Shown here piece by piece: positions 9,651 through 20,545 of a DNA stretch of 64,000 nt. Position 1 is the stretch's first letter, and every line of letters begins with the position of its first letter. The position numbers were made by a program, and so were the translations under genes. The stretch is from an uncultured Verrucomicrobiae bacterium (GTDB lineage: Bacteria > Verrucomicrobiota > Verrucomicrobiia > Chthoniobacterales > UBA10450), in the NCBI GenBank assembly GCA_963726745.1, contig CAVSDR010000002.1:320001-384000 (forward strand), written 5' to 3'. A model generated the notes under the pieces. It saw nothing but the letters and a program-made list of their open reading frames with translations. It made no database searches and was not told the origin of the DNA.

Positions 9651-12600
9651 ATGATTCCTCAGGATGAGAGCGCGGGGGAGACGCATCTCCAAGACAAGAA
9701 ACAGCCCTTCCGGCAGCGCTGGACGCGCCGCTTGTTTAGCCAGCGGCATTTCCACTTTAAGCTGCTTTCGGGGACTGCTGCAGGCATCTGCGCGATTCTT
9801 TTTTTCGCGGCGATCTTCGGGCTCACGACTTATCGGGGTTACCGCCAGGAAGCGCTCCGGGCGCACACGATCGAGGTCATGCGCCTCAGCAGCGTGATCC
9901 TGAACGACCTCGCCGTGCTCGAGACGGAGCATCGCAATTTCATCCTGACCAAACAGCCGGTTCACCTGGCGCGTTTCGAGGAGCGTCGGGTCAATCTCAA
10001 AGGCCGCGTGGAGGATCTGGTCGAGTTAATCAACAGCGACCTCACCCAGCGCAAGCGCGTGGTCAAAATGCAGGATATTGCGCTTCGCTGGGTTAACCAG
10101 CACGCGCTCCCGATGATCGCCGCTGCCCAGGGAAACGCAGCCCTGCAGTCCGGTCCGGTGGCGGAAAAGGCGCTCGGGAAGCCGCTGCTCGATGAGGCGC
10201 GCGAACTCCTGCAGAAGCTGCAGAACGAGGAGCAGATCATCCTAAACGAGCGCATGCACGACCAGGAATGGGCCACGCAATCGACCCAGATTCTCGAGGC
10301 CTTGCCGAAGCTGGAACGCTCCGTGGTGGAGATGGAGCGCGAGAAGCAGGGATACCTCCTTACCGGCGATTTCAGTTTTGTGGAAGGCTACAAACGGGCC
10401 GCCAACGCTTTCACGAACTATCACGGCTACCTCTCGATTCTCGTCGCCAACAGTCCTCCGCAGACCGCGTCCTTGAATGTCATTCGCGCCGCGGTGGAGC
10501 GTTGGGGCAATACCGCGGCCGTTCCTGCGATTGAGGCCAAGCGCAACGGGCTCGATCCCGCCGCCGTGGAGCAAGCCGCTGGCGGCGAAGCGCTGATGAA
10601 TCTGATCCGGGAGCAGCTGACCCGCTTCGAACAGGAACAGCTCGACCTCTACGAAGTGCACACCCTGGCCGCCGCCCGCCAGCGTGTGATTAAGATCGCT
10701 GCGCTCGGTCTCCTCTGTTTCCTCGCCGTCACCCTGCTCCTGGCCTCAAACAGCTACAGCTGGGTCCTGGTCAAGCACCAGCTGAGCAAACTCGCGAACG
10801 CCGAGACACGGATCAATTCCATCATCCAAAACATTCTCGATGGCATGATCACGGTCGACGAAGACGGCGTGATCCGTTCGATGAATCCCGCGGCCGAAAA
10901 GATGTTCGACTGCATCAACAACGAGATGATCGGGCGGAACTTCACCAAGCTCGTCCCACGCACCTTCCTCGGCGGCATGGAGAGCGAGGCCAAGCAGTGC
11001 GCCTGGAGCGACCTGGCCCGCCGCACCGGCGGCACCATGATGGCGCTCGGCCGCACCCGTCGTAACGCCACCTTCTCGATCGAGATTTCCCTCAGCGAAA
11101 TGATCGTCGACGGCAAGCTGCTTTTCGTGGCCATGATCCGCGACGTGACCGAGCGGAAACACTTCGAGCAAGAGATCGCCTCGGAGAAAGAAAGCCTCGC
11201 GGTCACCCTCGCCTCGATCGGCGACGGCGTAATCACGATCGATGCCGCGGGCAAGATCATCATGATCAACAAGGCTGGCGAAGGCCTGACTGGCTGGGAG
11301 TCGAGGGACGCCATCGGCCAGCCGTTGAAGACCGTATTTCACGTCGCCAGCGATTTGAAAGTGCAGGCTAAAGTCCAGCGCACCGGCTATCGGAATGAGG
11401 CCCAGGCGATCCTTCTCAACACCCCGGAGAACGCCACCCTCGTCTCGCGCGACGGCACCGAGCGTCTGGTCGAGCAGGTCGCCTCCCCCATTCGCGATAA
11501 CAAGAACGAAGTCTCCGGCGTGGTCCTCGTCTTCCGCGACATCACCGAGCGCCAGCGGATGGAAGCCGAGCAGCGCAAAGCCGACACGCTCGAACAACTC
11601 GGCCTGCTCGCCGGCGGCATCGCGCACGACTTCAACAATCTTCTCACCGCGATCATCGGCAACATCTCCCTCGCCTCCCTGCTCCTGCCGCCGAACGACG
11701 AGATGGGCACGCGCCTGAACGACGCCAAGAACGCCTCGCTGCGGGCGCGCGATCTCGCCCAGCAGCTCCTCACCTTCGCCCGCGGCGGCGCGCCGATTAA
11801 GAAAACCGCCAGCATCGCCAAGCTGATCCAGGACACCGTCAGCTTCTCCCTCCGCGGCACGCATAGCCGCAGCGAATTCAACTTCGGCGAGGAACTCTGG
11901 CCGGCCGAGATCGATTCCGGGCAGATCAGCCAGGTCATCGGCAACCTCGTGGTCAACGCCGACCAGGCGATGCCGAATGGCGGCACCCTGCGCATCTCCT
12001 GCGAGAATTTTGTCTACGACCTCGAGACCGTCCCGCACGTGCCCGATCTCCTCCCGGGCGATTACATCCGCGTCTCCATCCGCGATGAAGGGGTCGGCAT
12101 TCCCGAAGGACACCTCAAGCGCATCTTCGATCCCTACTTCACCACGAAAGCGAAGGGCAACGGCCTCGGCCTGGCCACCACCTACTCGATCATGAAGAAC
12201 CACAACGGCCTCATCACCGTGGAGTCCGCGGTGCACTTCGGGTCGACCTTTGTCCTCTACCTCCCGGCGCTGCGCCACGAGGTCCTGCCGATGGATCCCA
12301 CAATCAGCAGCAGCCCGGTGCTCAGCGGGAATGGCCGCGTGCTCGTGGTCGACGACGAGGAAGCGATCCGCGCGCTCGTGGAATTTACCCTCAGCCGCGT
12401 CGGCTACGAAGTCACCGAAGCGGAAACGGCCGAGCAAGGCGTGGAGCTTTATCGCGGGAAACTCGAATGCGGCGAACGCTTCGACGCGGTCATCCTCGAC
12501 CTTACCCTTCCTGGCGGCATGGGTGGCAAGGAAGCGCTCAAGCGCTTGATTGAGATCGATCCGACGGTGAACGCCATCGTCTCCAGCGGCTACGCGATGG

Positions 12601-12764
12601 ATTCCACCATGGCGCGCTACCAGGACTTTGGTTTCCGGGGCGTCATCGCCAAGCCTTACGAAGCCTCCGAGCTCGCGCGCACGGTCCACGAAGTGATTCA
12701 GTCCAGCCGGGTAAACCTGACGGAAGACTTCGACGGCGGGCGCCTCGCAACTCGCGTGGCCTAG
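9651..12764 (+). CDS. Hybrid sensor histidine kinase: TM-CHASE3-CHASE3-TM-PAS-PAS-HisKA-HATPase-REC
   Basis: Two CHASE3-like blocks (LETEHRNFILT; MEREKQGYLLTGD), PAS ends MIRDVTERK and VFRDITERQ, AGGIAHDFNNLL, GNGLGLA, VLVVDDE..ILDLTLPGG. Confidence 0.9.
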   Translation: MIPQDESAGETHLQDKKQPFRQRWTRRLFSQRHFHFKLLSGTAAGICAILFFAAIFGLTTYRGYRQEALRAHTIEVMRLSSVILNDLAVLETEHRNFILTKQPVHLARFEERRVNLKGRVEDLVELINSDLTQRKRVVKMQDIALRWVNQHALPMIAAAQGNAALQSGPVAEKALGKPLLDEARELLQKLQNEEQIILNERMHDQEWATQSTQILEALPKLERSVVEMEREKQGYLLTGDFSFVEGYKRAANAFTNYHGYLSILVANSPPQTASLNVIRAAVERWGNTAAVPAIEAKRNGLDPAAVEQAAGGEALMNLIREQLTRFEQEQLDLYEVHTLAAARQRVIKIAALGLLCFLAVTLLLASNSYSWVLVKHQLSKLANAETRINSIIQNILDGMITVDEDGVIRSMNPAAEKMFDCINNEMIGRNFTKLVPRTFLGGMESEAKQCAWSDLARRTGGTMMALGRTRRNATFSIEISLSEMIVDGKLLFVAMIRDVTERKHFEQEIASEKESLAVTLASIGDGVITIDAAGKIIMINKAGEGLTGWESRDAIGQPLKTVFHVASDLKVQAKVQRTGYRNEAQAILLNTPENATLVSRDGTERLVEQVASPIRDNKNEVSGVVLVFRDITERQRMEAEQRKADTLEQLGLLAGGIAHDFNNLLTAIIGNISLASLLLPPNDEMGTRLNDAKNASLRARDLAQQLLTFARGGAPIKKTASIAKLIQDTVSFSLRGTHSRSEFNFGEELWPAEIDSGQISQVIGNLVVNADQAMPNGGTLRISCENFVYDLETVPHVPDLLPGDYIRVSIRDEGVGIPEGHLKRIFDPYFTTKAKGNGLGLATTYSIMKNHNGLITVESAVHFGSTFVLYLPALRHEVLPMDPTISSSPVLSGNGRVLVVDDEEAIRALVEFTLSRVGYEVTEAETAEQGVELYRGKLECGERFDAVILDLTLPGGMGGKEALKRLIEIDPTVNAIVSSGYAMDSTMARYQDFGFRGVIAKPYEASELARTVHEVIQSSRVNLTEDFDGGRLATRVA

Positions 12765-12779
12765 TCAATCGCGGCCGGT

Positions 12780-14661
12780 TTAGCCAGCGAGTTCACTCGC
12801 GCGTAGACGCGGGAGCAGTTGCTCAAGAATCGCGGCCACCGAGGCTTCGACTGTGAGTTGGTCTGTCCGGACGTTAATCTCCGCATCTTCCGGCGCCTCG
12901 TAGGGCGCGTCGATCCCGGTAAAGTCGCGGATCTCCCCTGCTCTCGCCTTTTTGTAGAGCTGCTTCGGGTCGCGCTCCTCGCAGACCGCGAGCGGCGCGT
13001 CGACGAAGACTTCGATAAACTCCGCCTTTGCTTCCAAGGCGACGGCGCGCGCGCGTTGCCGGTCGATCCGATACGGCGAGATGAATGCGGTGATCGCGAC
13101 CGTGCCGGCATCAGCCAGCAACTTGGCCACCTCGCTCACGCGCCGAATGTTTTCCACGCGGTCCTCCGGCGAGAAGCCGAGATTGGCGTTCAGCCCATGG
13201 CGGATGTTGTCGCCATCGAGCACGTAGGTATGCATTCCGCGGCTGAAAAGTTCCACTTCGAGAGCGCGCGCGATCGTGGACTTGCCGGCGCCGGACAATC
13301 CAGTCAACCAGACGACCGCGCCGCGATGCCCGTTTTGTTTCGCGCGCGCCTGCGCGGTCACCTTGCCTTCGCTCCAGAAAATGTTCTGGCTCTTCACCGC
13401 CTGCCGCGGCGTGTAGGTCCCGCCCACGACGATGCCGCCGCCGGCAATCCGGCCATCGGCCACGAGGACAAAGCGGCCCAGCGTGGGCACGCGGTCGTGA
13501 TTATCCATCACCAGGGGCGCGCGCGTTTGCAGGATCACCCGGCCGACTTCGTTGCGCGCGACTACTTCCGCTTCGCCCTCCGAGAGCGCGAGGGTGGAGG
13601 AATTCATCACCTGCTCGATCGCCGAGACCTGGCATTTCACCTCCTGGGTCGCGAGGCGCAGGGTGTATTGCGTCTCCTTACGCAGGGGCGTCTCCGCAAT
13701 CCAGAAAATCTCTGCGTGAAAGCGGTTCGCCTCGATCGGCGAGCGCGTCCTGGTGCGCCCCCACGTAACCGCGCTCGAGGAAGATCTGCTCGTCGAGCGT
13801 CAGGCCGATGGCGTCGCCCGCGATCGCCTCGTTAGGCAGCACTTTGGCGTTCCAGCTTTCGATCGTGGCCACGCGCGCGGACTTGTTGGCCGGCGCGAAA
13901 ACCAGCTCGTCCCCCACCCGCACCGTCCCGCTCTCGATCCGGCCGGCAATGATGCGGCGCTCGTCGAATCGGTAGACATCCTGCACGCAAAAACGCAGCG
14001 GCTGCTCCACCGGTGCGCTCGCTATTTCCAATTCATCGAGCGCCGCCAGGAGCGTGGGGCCGGCATACCAGCCTAACGACTCTCCGCGCCGGGCGACGTT
14101 CTCCCCCGCGCGCGCCGAGGCCGGAATAAAGCGATGCGCGGAGATCTGCAGCGACGCGAGAAACTCGCGGTATTCCGCCTCGATCGTCCCGAAGGCTTCC
14201 GCGGAATAGCCGACGAGATCCATCTTGTTCACCACCACCAGCACCTGGCGAATCCCCAGCAAGCTCAAGAGGTAAGCATGCCGCCGGCTTTGTTCGCGGA
14301 TGCCTTCATTGGCCGCGATCACCAGCACGGCGGCATCCGCGCTGGCCGCGCCGGTGATCATGTTCTTGAGAAACTCGCGATGCCCCGGCGCATCGATGAT
14401 CACGTAATTCCGCGCCGCAGTGCGGAATGGAATCTGGGTGGTGTCGATGGTGATGTTCTGCGCCTGCTCCTCCAGCAGCGCATCAAGCAGGAAGGCATAC
14501 TCGAACTCCATCCCCTCGGCTGCGCAGGCCTGCCGGATGGAAGCCACCTTGCCCTCTGGCAACGAGTCGGTGTCGTGGAGAATCCGCCCGATGAGCGTCG
14601 ACTTTCCGTGATCGACGTGGCCGACGAAGACAACCTTGAGACGCGCGGCGGTGTTGCTCAC
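12780..14661 (-). CDS. cysNC: Bifunctional sulfate adenylyltransferase subunit 1 / APS kinase; one frameshift near 13740
   Basis: GHVDHGKSTLIG, IDAPGH..FLKNMITGA, NKMD in the first frame; WLTGLSGAGKST, LDGDNIRHGL, DPKQLYKKARAGEI in the second frame. Confidence 0.92.
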
Positions 14662-15473
14662 ATGAACCCTTTCGCGCGCAGCTTTTGCATCGCATTCCGC
14701 TCGTAGTGATCCTGCGCGCGCCCGGCGCGTTCGCTCGTCTTCGTGGCATCGAGCTCGGCGATGATTTCCTCGATCGTGCTCGCGTGGCTTTCGATCGGCT
14801 TCGTGATCGGCCAGCAGCCTAACGAGCGGTAACGCTTCCCATCGCGCGCGAAATACATCTGCGGGATGGGAATTTTCTCCCGCTGGATGTAGCGCCAGAT
14901 GTCCGCCTCGGTCCAATCAAGCAACGGCTGCACGCGCACGTGCTCGCCGGGTGCGGGGCTGGAAGTGAACTGGCCCCAGAACTCCGGCGGTTGATCCTTG
15001 TAGGACCATTCGCTCTGCGCGTTGCGCGGCGAGAAGTAACGCTCCTTCGCGCGGGTGGAATCCTCGTCGCGGCGAATGCCGGTGATAAGCGCGTCCCACT
15101 GGTGCTCCGCAAGCGCCTGCTGGAGCGCGAGCGACTTGAGCTCGTGGGTGACCGTGACCGGATCGTGCGTCTCGTAGCCGACGCCGCGCGCGCGCGCCTC
15201 TTCGTTGATCTTCACGATCAGGTTGAGCTTGTAATGCTCGACCGCCCAGGTGCGGAACTCGAGCATCTCGGGAAACTCGTAGGTCGTGTCGATGTGCAGC
15301 ACCGGATACGGGATCTTTCCGAAGAACGCCTTGAGCGAGAGCCAGATCAGGACATTTGAGTCTTTCCCCATCGACCAGGGCATGGCCAGGTTCCGGAAAG
15401 CGTGGAAAGCCTCACGCAGGATGAAGAGGCTCTGGTTCTCGAGTTGGTCGAGATGGGTGCGGGGCGTTTCCAT
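14658..15473 (-). CDS. cysD: Sulfate adenylyltransferase subunit 2
   Basis: [51 protein letters not shown]. Confidence 0.95.
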   Translation of the reverse strand: METPRTHLDQLENQSLFILREAFHAFRNLAMPWSMGKDSNVLIWLSLKAFFGKIPYPVLHIDTTYEFPEMLEFRTWAVEHYKLNLIVKINEEARARGVGYETHDPVTVTHELKSLALQQALAEHQWDALITGIRRDEDSTRAKERYFSPRNAQSEWSYKDQPPEFWGQFTSSPAPGEHVRVQPLLDWTEADIWRYIQREKIPIPQMYFARDGKRYRSLGCWPITKPIESHASTIEEIIAELDATKTSERAGRAQDHYERNAMQKLRAKGFM

Positions 15474-15505
15474 CGAAAAAGCGGCTCTTTGCTAAAGCTG
15501 GGAGC

Positions 15506-15541
15506 TTGCAGAGAAGCAAGCGAACTTTACACTGCCGCATG
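15506..15541 (+). promoter_or_regulatory. Sigma70-like promoter directly abutting the nuoB start (leaderless-type)
   Basis: TTGCAG(15506)-16 nt-TACACT(15528)-5 nt-ATG(15539); no Shine-Dalgarno sequence. Confidence 0.55.
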
Positions 15542-16075
15542 CTCGAGCACCGCCCCGTGGCCTACGATTCCAAGATCGAAGGCAACGTCATTTTCACGCG
15601 CGTCGATGCGGCCATGAACTGGATGCGCAAGAATTCGCTTTGGCCGATGCCAATGGGCCTGGCCTGCTGCGCGATCGAGCTCATGGCCGCCGCGGCCTCG
15701 CGCTTCGACATCTCCCGGTTCGGCTCGGAAGTGATGCGGTTTTCGCCGCGGCAATGCGATGTCATGATCGTCGCCGGGACAGTCACCTACAAGATGGCGC
15801 TGGCGGTGAAGCGGATTTACGAGCAAATGCCGGAGCCGAAATGGGTCATCGCCATGGGCGCCTGCGCCTCGACCGGCGGGATGTATCGCTCTTACGCGGT
15901 CCTCCAGGGAATCGACCAGCTTCTTCCGGTGGACGTCTACATTTCCGGCTGCCCGCCGCGGCCCGAGGCGCTGCTCGAGGGCCTGATGAAGTTGCAGGAT
16001 AAAATCGCAGGCGAGCAATCGTTCGTCGCGCAAAAGCGCGAGCTGCTCAAGGAATACGACCACGTCTTCGCATGA
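15539..16075 (+). CDS. nuoB: NADH-quinone oxidoreductase subunit B
   Basis: [61 protein letters not shown]. Confidence 0.96.
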   Translation: MLEHRPVAYDSKIEGNVIFTRVDAAMNWMRKNSLWPMPMGLACCAIELMAAAASRFDISRFGSEVMRFSPRQCDVMIVAGTVTYKMALAVKRIYEQMPEPKWVIAMGACASTGGMYRSYAVLQGIDQLLPVDVYISGCPPRPEALLEGLMKLQDKIAGEQSFVAQKRELLKEYDHVFA

Positions 16076-16650
16076 CCGGCGCCGACCTCCTCGCCTCGTT
16101 AGGCAAACTTTTCGGTGATCGGATCCTCGCGAAGACCGAGTTCCGCGGCGAGACCAGTTTCCTGATTGCGCGTGAGCACCTGCGCGAGGTCGCGCGTTTT
16201 TGCCGGGACGATCTTTCTTTCGATTACCTGATCGATATCTCCAGCGTGGACCACGCCGGGATCGATCCGCGCTTCGAGGTGGTTTACGAGCTTTACTCGC
16301 TCACGCTCGCGATCCATCTGCGGATCAAGGTGACCGCACCGGAGGACGATCCGACGGTCGACACCGTCTCCGACATCTGGCCGACGGCGGATTGGCACGA
16401 GCGGGAGATTTACGACATGATGGGGCTGCGGTTTAACAACCACCCTGATCTCCGCCGCATTCTGATGTGGGATGGGTATCCCTACTTCCCGCTGCGGAAA
16501 GAATTTCCGCTTCAAGGCCTGCCGAGCGACATGCCCGATGTCGCTTTCACTTCGGCCGCGCCTTTGGAAGGCGGGCCGTTTGTCACCCGGCCAACGACCG
16601 CGACGACGAAAGATCGTGAGCCGCGCGCCCGCGGTCCGCTTAACGAGTAG
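16072..16650 (+). CDS. nuoC: NADH-quinone oxidoreductase subunit C
   Basis: [49 protein letters not shown]. Confidence 0.95.
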   Translation: MTGADLLASLGKLFGDRILAKTEFRGETSFLIAREHLREVARFCRDDLSFDYLIDISSVDHAGIDPRFEVVYELYSLTLAIHLRIKVTAPEDDPTVDTVSDIWPTADWHEREIYDMMGLRFNNHPDLRRILMWDGYPYFPLRKEFPLQGLPSDMPDVAFTSAAPLEGGPFVTRPTTATTKDREPRARGPLNE

Positions 16651-17431
16651 CGCCTGCGCCGATCGCAGTGGCCGCTTCCAAAAGGCGCGCAAAATCTTGC
16701 GCCGCGGCGCGTCCCACTTCGAGCACATCGGCGTGTGAGAGCTTCTCGTGCCCCATGCCCGCGGCCCAGTTGGTGAGACAGGAAAACCCGGCCACTTCCA
16801 AGCCGAGCGCGCGCGCCTGAATGGTCTCGAGCACAGTCGACATGCCGACCGCATCCGCGCCCAGGAGCCGAAGCATGCGGATCTCCGCCGGCGTCTCGTA
16901 TTGCGGGCCGCAAACCCCGGCGTAAACGCCTTCCGGCAAATGGAGGCCGAGCTGCTGCGCAGCGGCGAGGAATTGCCGGCGCCAGCCTAACGAATAGGCC
17001 TCGGTGAGATCGACGAACTCGGCCGCGCCGGCAAGCGGGCTGCAGCCGGTGAGATTTAAGTGATCGCTCAGCATCATCCAGCTCCCGGGCGGAAACTTTG
17101 GGTTCACCGTCCCCGCGGCGTTCGTGAGAATGACTCGCCGCACGCCGGCCTGCGCGAGCAGGCGAATCCCCGCGGTGACCGCCTGCGCGGAGTAGCCCTC
17201 GTAAAGATGCGCCCGGCCTTGCGCGAAGATCAGCGGCCGCCCGCCAATTTCCCCGCGCACAAAAGAGCCGGCATGACCGGGAACGCGCGAGACCGGGAGC
17301 TCGGGGAAGTCGCCGAAAGGCAAACGCGCACTCGCGTGAGCTTCGGCCACGAGCGCGTTCAAGCCCGAGCCGAGGACGACCGCGGTGTCCGCTTCCCACT
17401 CACGCAGGCGTTGCCAAGCGGGCGAGTTCAC
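16640..17431 (-). CDS. punA: Purine-nucleoside phosphorylase (trimeric type)
   Basis: VVLGSGL, VPGHAG, GRAHLYEG, ILTNAAG, GPQYETPAE, GADAVGMSTV. Confidence 0.92.
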   Translation of the reverse strand: MNSPAWQRLREWEADTAVVLGSGLNALVAEAHASARLPFGDFPELPVSRVPGHAGSFVRGEIGGRPLIFAQGRAHLYEGYSAQAVTAGIRLLAQAGVRRVILTNAAGTVNPKFPPGSWMMLSDHLNLTGCSPLAGAAEFVDLTEAYSLGWRRQFLAAAQQLGLHLPEGVYAGVCGPQYETPAEIRMLRLLGADAVGMSTVLETIQARALGLEVAGFSCLTNWAAGMGHEKLSHADVLEVGRAAAQDFARLLEAATAIGAGATR

Positions 17432-17437
17432 GCGCGT

Positions 17438-19078
17438 TTACGCCGCCGAAACAGGCGGCGCATTCTCGGGCTTCTTGTGCCCGGCCATGATGTCCGGCCG
17501 CGCCCCGTCGTCGCGGAGCGGCCCGGTCTTGGCCTCCTGCTTCGGATAGGCGATGCGCGTGTGCAGCATGGTCATGAGGGTAAAACGGAAGCGTTCGCGA
17601 ATGATATCCAATTCCGCCAAGGTCAGGTCGCACTCATCGAGCTGGCCATCGGCGATCCGCGCGGCGATCAACTCGTCGACTAATTGCTCCACCTTCTGCG
17701 GCGTTGGTTTTTCCAAACTGCGCGAAGCGCTCTCGACCATGTCCGCGAGGCTAATGATCGCGCTCTCTTTCGTCTGCGGTTTCGGGCCGGGATAACGGAA
17801 GCTCTCTTCGCTCACCTCCGGCACATCGGCATCGCGCAGGTTCATGATCTTGCCGCCGGCGCGCGCGTCTTCCTGCTGCTGGAGGGCGCGCTTGTAGAAA
17901 TAGTAAACCAGCGACGTGCCGTGATGTTGCTGGATCACGTCCACGATCTGGCGGTTGAGGTCGTGCTTGAGCGCGAGATCCACCCCTTCCTTCACGTGCG
18001 CGATGATAATCAGCGCGCTCATCGTCGGCGCGAGATCGTCATGCGGATTGCGCTCGAAGTTCATGTTCTCGGTAAAGTAATCCGGCTTCACCAGTTTGCC
18101 GACATCATGGAAGTAAGAGCACACGCGGCAGAGCGTGCCGTTGGCGCCAATCTTCTCCGCAGCCGCTTCCGCGAGATTCGCCACCACCAGGCTGTGGTGA
18201 TAAGTCCCCGGCGCCTCGATCGTCATCCGGCGAAGGAGCGGGTGGTTCAAGTCCGAGGCTTCGAGCCAGGAGATGTCGGTGGTGATTCGGAAGGCGTGCT
18301 CGAGCATCGGCAAAATGCCGCCGACGATGGTCGCGGTGATGATGCCGTTGCCGATCGCGAGCGCGCTTTGCAGGCCGAGCATGGGCCAGTCATTCGCGCT
18401 CCAGGCGAAGAGATCGATCGGGCCGATGACGCCGAAGGCGAGCGAGCAAAGCCAGAGCGCCAGGCCGACGCCAAAACCCGCGCGCAAGAGCCGGCTGCGC
18501 CGCCGGACTTGGAGCGTCAGGTAAACCGCGACAAACCCGGCGATGACCGCAGAGGCCAGCAGCGGCGCATCGAAAGCGCCGAAGAGAATGCGCGACCAAA
18601 GACTGACGAAGATCGCCGCATAGAGCCCGTGGTTGCGCCCCAAAAGCACGCTCAAAACCAGCGGCGCAAAGGCGTAGGGCGCGATCAGCGCGGCCATCTC
18701 CGGCTTGAAGCTTTCGAACATTTTCCCGTGCCCGAGAAGGATGACCAGCTTGGTCGCGAGGAGCTGCAGGAAGATGACGCCAAAGACGAGAATCAGCCGC
18801 GAGCTGCGCTTGAAGGTTGCTGGCTGATTGATCCAAAGCTGAATGATGGCCGCGCCCAGGAAGAGCAAGGCGACGACAAAGTTCTTTGTCGGCTCCGGCT
18901 GGTGACCGTTGAAAATCAGGAGCGCGAGCAGCAGCGCGAAGACCGCGAAGATGATCGCCTTGGCGAAACCGGCGTGCTCCAGCCGATTGGTCCACTCGCT
19001 GGTCCCGCGGCGGCGCCGGGTTTTCCCGGAAGCGAGGCCGCGTTTGACCAGCTCCTTGCGCTTGAAAAACTTGAACAT
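17438..19078 (-). CDS. 7TM-HDIG phosphohydrolase (PgpH-like cyclic-di-AMP phosphodiesterase family)
   Basis: Multiple TMs followed by EAPGTYHHS, YFHDVGK, FTEN, HVKEG, QHHGT, FRYPGPKPQTKE, LADMVES. Confidence 0.9.
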   Translation of the reverse strand: MFKFFKRKELVKRGLASGKTRRRRGTSEWTNRLEHAGFAKAIIFAVFALLLALLIFNGHQPEPTKNFVVALLFLGAAIIQLWINQPATFKRSSRLILVFGVIFLQLLATKLVILLGHGKMFESFKPEMAALIAPYAFAPLVLSVLLGRNHGLYAAIFVSLWSRILFGAFDAPLLASAVIAGFVAVYLTLQVRRRSRLLRAGFGVGLALWLCSLAFGVIGPIDLFAWSANDWPMLGLQSALAIGNGIITATIVGGILPMLEHAFRITTDISWLEASDLNHPLLRRMTIEAPGTYHHSLVVANLAEAAAEKIGANGTLCRVCSYFHDVGKLVKPDYFTENMNFERNPHDDLAPTMSALIIIAHVKEGVDLALKHDLNRQIVDVIQQHHGTSLVYYFYKRALQQQEDARAGGKIMNLRDADVPEVSEESFRYPGPKPQTKESAIISLADMVESASRSLEKPTPQKVEQLVDELIAARIADGQLDECDLTLAELDIIRERFRFTLMTMLHTRIAYPKQEAKTGPLRDDGARPDIMAGHKKPENAPPVSAA

Positions 19079-19082
19079 GCTC

Positions 19083-20066
19083 CTACTTGCGCGAGCCGCC
19101 GCCGTGGTTGGCGGGCGAACGGTGCTGCTGATAGGCGTTGATGATCGCCCGCACCAACTCGTGCCGCACGACGTCGCGTTCGTTGAAGTAAACCATACCG
19201 ATGCCGGGCACCGACTTCAGCGCCTGCAAGGCTTCCACCAAGCCGGAACGTTTGTTCGAGGGCAAGTCGATTTGCGTCACGTCGCCGGTGACGACGCACT
19301 TGGAATTTTGTCCAATGCGCGTGAGCAACATGAACATCTGCTCCGTGGTCGTGTTCTGAGCTTCATCGAGAATGACGAAGGCATTGCTAAGCGTGCGCCC
19401 GCGCATGTAGGCCAGCGGCGCGACCTCGATCACCTGCCGCGCCATGTGCCTTTCGATTTCTTCCGGCTCGAGCATGTCGCGCAGCGAATCGTAAAGCGGG
19501 CGGAGGTAGGGCGTGATCTTCTCCTGCAAGTCGCCGGGTAAAAACCCGAGCGCTTCGCCCGCCTCGACTGCGGGGCGCGTGAGCACGATGCGGCTGACCT
19601 GGTCTCTTTTGAGCGCTTCCACGGCTTTCGCCACTGCAAGGTAAGTTTTGCCGGTGCCGGCGGGGCCGATGCCGAAAACGATGTCGTGCTTTTGGATCGC
19701 TTGCGCGTAATTGCGCTGGCCGGCGGTCCGCATCACAATCGGCGCCTTGCGCGAGGACGTGACGATCTTGACGTCGACGACGTCGGCTAAATTCTCCGCG
19801 CGCGCCTCAGCGACAGAGTCGAGAGCGTAGTTGAACTGCTGTTTCTCGATGGTCACACCTTTCAGCCGCGCCTGCTCGAGTTGGTCGAAGACTTCCTGCG
19901 CGCGCTCGATCTGCTCCCGCTCGCCCTCCAACTTCACCCAGCCTTCGCGCGTCGTGACCTTGACCCCTAACGAGTCCTCGAGCGACTTCAGGAGCTTGAG
20001 GTCGTTCGCATAGAGCGACTGCAGCGCGCGGGCGCTCTCAAACTGCAACGTGCGGGATTCGGGCAT
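19083..20066 (-). CDS. phoH: PhoH family ATPase
   Basis: GPAGTGKTYLA, RIVLTRPAVEAGE.LGFLPGDL, APLAYMRGRTL, LDEAQN, GDVTQIDLP, VVRHELV. Confidence 0.95.
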   Translation of the reverse strand: MPESRTLQFESARALQSLYANDLKLLKSLEDSLGVKVTTREGWVKLEGEREQIERAQEVFDQLEQARLKGVTIEKQQFNYALDSVAEARAENLADVVDVKIVTSSRKAPIVMRTAGQRNYAQAIQKHDIVFGIGPAGTGKTYLAVAKAVEALKRDQVSRIVLTRPAVEAGEALGFLPGDLQEKITPYLRPLYDSLRDMLEPEEIERHMARQVIEVAPLAYMRGRTLSNAFVILDEAQNTTTEQMFMLLTRIGQNSKCVVTGDVTQIDLPSNKRSGLVEALQALKSVPGIGMVYFNERDVVRHELVRAIINAYQQHRSPANHGGGSRK

Positions 20067-20096
20067 CAGCAGCCTGGGTGCGGCCGGTCGGGAGTT

Positions 20097-20543
20097 TTAG
20101 CGGAAACCGTAGACCAGCGCCCAATGAGTGCGCTCGTCCGGTGAATCTTCGATGCTGACGATGATGAAGTAGCTGCCAGTGGTCTGCGGGATGATGTGGG
20201 CGGCGGCGAAGTGGCTCTTCTGCCAGCTATCGGGCTGTTCCACCAGCTTACCCTCGGAATCGTAGATGTGGACGGAGATTTTCGCCTTCTCCACTTCCGT
20301 CCCAAGCCAGAACCAATATTCGTTGCCCTTGAAAAGCTGCTGGCGCACAGCCTTTTTTTCGCCCACGCCGAGGTCGCCGCCCCAGTAATCTTCGCGCACC
20401 TGGAAGCCGTCCTTCACATAGGGCTCCGCCGCCTGCAGGGCGAAAGATTGCGCGTCGTCCACCGAAGCCTGCGCGCGCGAGAGGCAGGCGCCCACCACCG
20501 CCAGGCAGAGGGCAGCGCGCACGGAAAGTTTGAGCAAAGCCAT
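20097..20543 (-). CDS. Hypothetical secreted protein
   Basis: Signal peptide (..LCLAVVGACLSRAQA), followed by a beta-rich domain. Confidence 0.7.
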   Translation of the reverse strand: MALLKLSVRAALCLAVVGACLSRAQASVDDAQSFALQAAEPYVKDGFQVREDYWGGDLGVGEKKAVRQQLFKGNEYWFWLGTEVEKAKISVHIYDSEGKLVEQPDSWQKSHFAAAHIIPQTTGSYFIIVSIEDSPDERTHWALVYGFR

Positions 20544-20545
20544 AT

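Noticed and set aside
10746..12689. Long antisense ORFs (also 29069-31744, 17684-19141, 40367-42037, 58109-59620)
   Set aside because: Shadow ORFs opposite well-supported genes, expected at high GC; they carry no recognisable motifs.
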